Positions 60,533 to 64,000 of a DNA stretch of 64,000 bases are shown one piece after another. Position numbers and translations under genes: made by a program. The stretch is from the NCBI GenBank assembly GCA_965205505.1, contig CBDBHB010000007.1:224001-288000 (forward strand), given 5' to 3'. The notes beneath the pieces were generated by a model. It did not search any database, was not told where the DNA came from, and saw only the letters and a list, made by a program, of their open reading frames with translations. The stretch is from Acidobacteriota bacterium (GTDB lineage: Bacteria; Acidobacteriota; UBA890; WLXD01). The first letter of the stretch is position 1; every line of letters starts with the position of its first letter.

Positions 60533-61372
60533 CTACGGTCGAGGGTTCCCGATCCCCTCCACCTCGGCGATGAAAGCCAAGGTGTGTTCCGTCACCTCGT
60601 CGGTGACCGACATGTGGCCACGGTCTTCGTAGTGGACGAAGCGGTGGTGAACACCGGCCCCATCGAGTGCGGCGGCCATGTCTACGGCCTGCTGCATCGG
60701 CACGGAACGGTCGTCATCCGAGTGCACGATGAGGATCGGCTTGGTCCCGGGGCCGATGTTGTGGATCGGCGACGCGATCCTGCGTGCCTCGCGGGCGGCG
60801 CCCTCGACCGGCGTCCAGAGATCCCCCCACGACAGCGTATTCAGGTCGTAAGGACCGGCGGCGCTGATGACGGCCCGCACGTCGGTGCGAAAGTTCTCCC
60901 AGCCGCCGACCCGCTCGTAGGGTCCCTCGCCCAGGGTGGCCACCAGGGCCACGAGATGGCCGCCGGACGAGTTGCCGATCAGGTAGATGCGATCCTGATC
61001 GATGCTGTACTCGTCGGCGTGCGCGTGCACCCAGCGAATCGCCGTCTGGACGTCCTGATAGGCGGCCGGCGCGGGAGAGGCACCGACCAGGCGATAGTCG
61101 ATCGTCATGGCGAAAAACCCCCGACCGGCCCACTCGGCGACCTGGAGTCCGGCATCGTTGACCCGCTGGCCGGCGCGCCACCGACCACCGTGCACGTACA
61201 TGATGACGGGCAGGTCCTCGCCGCCGACCGGGTAGGCGAGGTCCGCAAGGACCGCCGAGCCAAGCGTGCGACTGTAGATGACGTCCGTCTCGACGGTTAC
61301 CGGTACCTGCGCCTGTGCAACGGTCGGTACCAGTAGCGTCAGAACCACGAGGGTAGTGATCGATCTCGACAT
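60533..61372 (-). CDS. Secreted alpha/beta hydrolase (esterase/lipase)
   Basis: VHGGRW, IDYRL, GNSSGG nucleophile, HSDDDRSVP, GH. Confidence 0.9.
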   Translation of the reverse strand: MSRSITTLVVLTLLVPTVAQAQVPVTVETDVIYSRTLGSAVLADLAYPVGGEDLPVIMYVHGGRWRAGQRVNDAGLQVAEWAGRGFFAMTIDYRLVGASPAPAAYQDVQTAIRWVHAHADEYSIDQDRIYLIGNSSGGHLVALVATLGEGPYERVGGWENFRTDVRAVISAAGPYDLNTLSWGDLWTPVEGAAREARRIASPIHNIGPGTKPILIVHSDDDRSVPMQQAVDMAAALDGAGVHHRFVHYEDRGHMSVTDEVTEHTLAFIAEVEGIGNPRP

Positions 61373-61528
61373 TCCGGTCTCCCGATCGATGGTGTATCCC
61401 AAATGCTCTGGCCATGCGATTCTGGTGGGCCTTCAGGTCAGTCTTCCACGCGTCGCCCAGCTCTCTCCGCGCGGAGGAAGCATATAGTCATGCCGGCTGC
61501 ACAAGAGGCTGTCAGGGAGGTAGTCGAG

Positions 61529-62629
61529 ATGTCACATACCAGCCGATTCAGATCAACACTCGTCGCAACGCTTGCAGCGCTGGCCGTGGTGATGGCTCCC
61601 GCGGAGTCAAGCGCCCAACACAGTAATCCGTATCGCGCCTTGTACGGATGGGCAAAGCTCCCGGAGGGGAGGACTCTGGGGGTGGTGGCCGGCATATACC
61701 TGGATCCCGATGGCCAACACATGTGGCTGATGGACAGGTGTGGTGGGAACAACTGCGCTGGCGTTGACGTAGACCCGATCCTCAAATTCGACCTGCACGG
61801 GAACCTGGTGACGAGCCTTGGCAAGGGGCTCTTCGGGTGGCCTCACGGTTTCTTCGTGGACCACAACGGAAATCTCTGGGTGACCGAGGGATCGCCGGCA
61901 GGAGAACCTCGAGGAGAAGCGGGATTCAAACTCGGCCGGGGGCACCAGGTCTTCAAGTTGAGCCCGGAGGGAGAGGTATTGATGACCCTGGGCGAAGCCG
62001 CCGCCCCCGGCGACGACGAGACGCACTTCAATGGACCCTCCCATGTGCTGGTCGCCCCCAATGGCGAGATCTGGGTCACGGACGGGCATCGCGGTGGCAA
62101 CAACCGCCTGGTTAAATTCTCGCCGGATGGGACGTTCGTCATGCAGATCGGAGGTGGCGTGGACGCGGCGACCGCTGAACGCGGTCTGTTCAACGATCCC
62201 CATCACCTCGCAATGGATTCCCGAGGTCGGCTCTTCGTTTCCGACCGGGGCAACAATCGGATCCAGATCTTCGACCAGGAGGGGACTTTCATCGGGCTGT
62301 GGACTCATTTCGGGAGACCGAGCTCGATCGCCATTGATGATCACGACAGGATTTATGTGGTCGATGGCACGACATCATTGACCGGTGTCCTGGACACAGA
62401 GTTCCCGGGCGGCGGGAGCTATGGGTACGACCGGGGTATCTGGATCGGCAGCGCCAAGACCGGTTCGATCGAGACCTTCATTCCCGAGCTTCAGCTCTCC
62501 GGATTTGCGGAGAACGGCCAACCTCTCGGCGTCGCTCAGGAGTTCATTGGATTGCATCCCGATGGCAGCATCCTCGTGGGGGAAGTCACGGGCCAGCGCC
62601 TGGTGCAGTGGATCCGGGTCAGGAATTAG
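61529..62629 (+). CDS. Secreted NHL-repeat protein (PAL-like)
   Basis: GGGAGG RBS, signal peptide; WPHGFFVD, FNGPS, DGH..NNRLVKF, DRGNNRIQIF. Confidence 0.85.
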   Translation: MSHTSRFRSTLVATLAALAVVMAPAESSAQHSNPYRALYGWAKLPEGRTLGVVAGIYLDPDGQHMWLMDRCGGNNCAGVDVDPILKFDLHGNLVTSLGKGLFGWPHGFFVDHNGNLWVTEGSPAGEPRGEAGFKLGRGHQVFKLSPEGEVLMTLGEAAAPGDDETHFNGPSHVLVAPNGEIWVTDGHRGGNNRLVKFSPDGTFVMQIGGGVDAATAERGLFNDPHHLAMDSRGRLFVSDRGNNRIQIFDQEGTFIGLWTHFGRPSSIAIDDHDRIYVVDGTTSLTGVLDTEFPGGGSYGYDRGIWIGSAKTGSIETFIPELQLSGFAENGQPLGVAQEFIGLHPDGSILVGEVTGQRLVQWIRVRN

Positions 62630-62815
62630 CCGACTCGTGATGACGCAGGCATGTCCGGGGGAGACACTGGCTCAACCGCCTTGCCCTGTGTTCTCGCGTT
62701 CTGCTAGTTTCGCCAAGCACTCAATCGGAGTCCCCGGTCCTGTCTCAGGACGGCACTTCGTGCGGACTGGGGCTGGACACTATCGATCTTCCGGTTCTTC
62801 CTTATCGGGGCTGTC

Positions 62816-64000
62816 ATGAAACAAATCATTTCATTGTCCATACTCTTTCTGCTCTGGGCCATGGGCCTTGCGGCCAACACAGAGTTTGACGTCAGGGCAC
62901 ATTACGACCGTTCGGTTTACAAGATTCCGGTACGCGACGGCATCAAACTACATACTGTCGTCTACACCCCCAAGAACAAATCACAGACATATCCTTTCCT
63001 GATGGTACGCACCCCCTATTCCGCCAGCCCGTATGGTCCCGACGAATTTCATCCGCCTGAATGAATAGCACCAAGTGATGATTTTCTGGAAGATGGCTAT
63101 ATTTTTGTATTTCAAGATGGACGCGGTACGTATCAGTCTGAAGGAGAATGGATCAATCTTCGACCGGTCCGCAGCGACGACAGCGGCATAGATGAAGCGA
63201 CGGATAGTTACGATACGATCGAGTGGCTGGTCACGAACATTTCAGGAAATAGCGGACGGCTGGGCCAGTGGGGGATCTCCCATCCCGGCTGGTATACGGT
63301 GATGGGCATCATTGGTGCACATCCGGCACTCAAGGCAGCGTCCCCTCCGGCGACGACATTTGATCCCTTTCTCGGTGATGATTCCCATCATAACGGCGCT
63401 TTCACGCTGCTGGGCACGGAATGGTGGTTTGCCATGAGCGTTGCCAGTGGCCCCAATCGCGGCAGGCTGAATGGAATCCGTCCCAAGCCTATGGATCACG
63501 GCACGCCGTGGGCTTATGAGTTCTTTCTGAATGCCGGACCGACGGATCAACTCAACGAGCGACACTATGAAGGGCAGATGACCCAAGTATGGCAGAACGT
63601 AATCCAACATCCGGACTACGATGAGTTTTGGAAGAGCATAAATGTCGCGCGGTCGCTCGGCAATGTCACGATACCTGTCTTGAATGTGGCGGGATGGTTC
63701 GACTCGCCTGACCCCTACGGGGCCATCGCAACGTATCAGACCATCGAGGAAAAGAACCGCGAAAACCACAGCACGCTTGTCGTTGGCCCCTGGCGGCATG
63801 GCGGTTGGCGTGCGGATGACGGATCAACGCTGGGAGACATCCAGTTTGGCGCCAAGACTTCTGAATATTTTCAGAAGGATATTATTTTCCCCTTTCTTCC
63901 AGTACTACTTGAAAGATAAGGGGAGCTGGTCCCCTTCCGAGGCCACAATGTTTGAAACCGGGAACAACAGGTGGCGTCGCTTCCAACAGTGGCCTCCAAA
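62816..64000 (+). pseudogene. CocE/NonD (glutaryl-7-ACA acylase/X-Pro DPP-like) hydrolase; in-frame TGA 63062, frameshift near 63893; runs off window
   Basis: RDGIKLHT, RTPY, QDGRG..SEG, WGISHPG, GWFD, VGPWRHG; visibly lower GC. Confidence 0.85.

Noticed and set aside
12555-63064. Stop-codon recoding (Sec/Pyl or alternative code) for in-frame TAG/TGA
   Set aside because: Both TAG and TGA terminate many normal genes here, the stops are not at catalytic Cys/Lys positions, and no recoding machinery is in the window.

Overview
GC-rich (roughly two-thirds GC by eye) bacterial contig with hallmarks of Acidobacteriota: eukaryote-type Ser/Thr kinases with TolB/PD40 propellers, a PadR + ADOP duplicated orphan permease pair, a GWxTD protein and an acidobacterial VWA protein. 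A marine or host-associated lifestyle is possible but is only inference. The window is an accessory mosaic of mostly exported catabolic enzymes (amidohydrolases, DoeA/creatinase-like hydrolase, sulfatase, GGT, PQQ, Mo and FAD dehydrogenases, NHL proteins). It also holds a Co-type nitrile hydratase operon whose alpha subunit has a twin-arginine leader, ilvD, fetAB-like genes and a FecA-like receptor with a Fur-like box. No rRNA, tRNA or CRISPR array was seen. The most striking structure is not in the ORF track. A ~90-bp kinase 'promoter + leader + MEPGT(K/R)L' module recurs 8 times in whole or part. Five copies not followed by kinase sequence break off at or one base after a CTAG in codons 7-8, and two of these are fused in frame to unrelated genes (GGT and a Venus-flytrap protein). 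The GGT also has a kinase C-terminal tail behind it. A CTAG-targeting MITE is caught inserted at this CTAG and split by an inversion. ADOP 3' ends form similar scars at module borders. An IS1111-type (IS110 family) element carries a downstream non-coding region with an internal loop whose two strands match the insertion site, i.e. a readable bridge/seek RNA. Several genes have single stops or homopolymer frameshifts, which could be decay or sequencing error.
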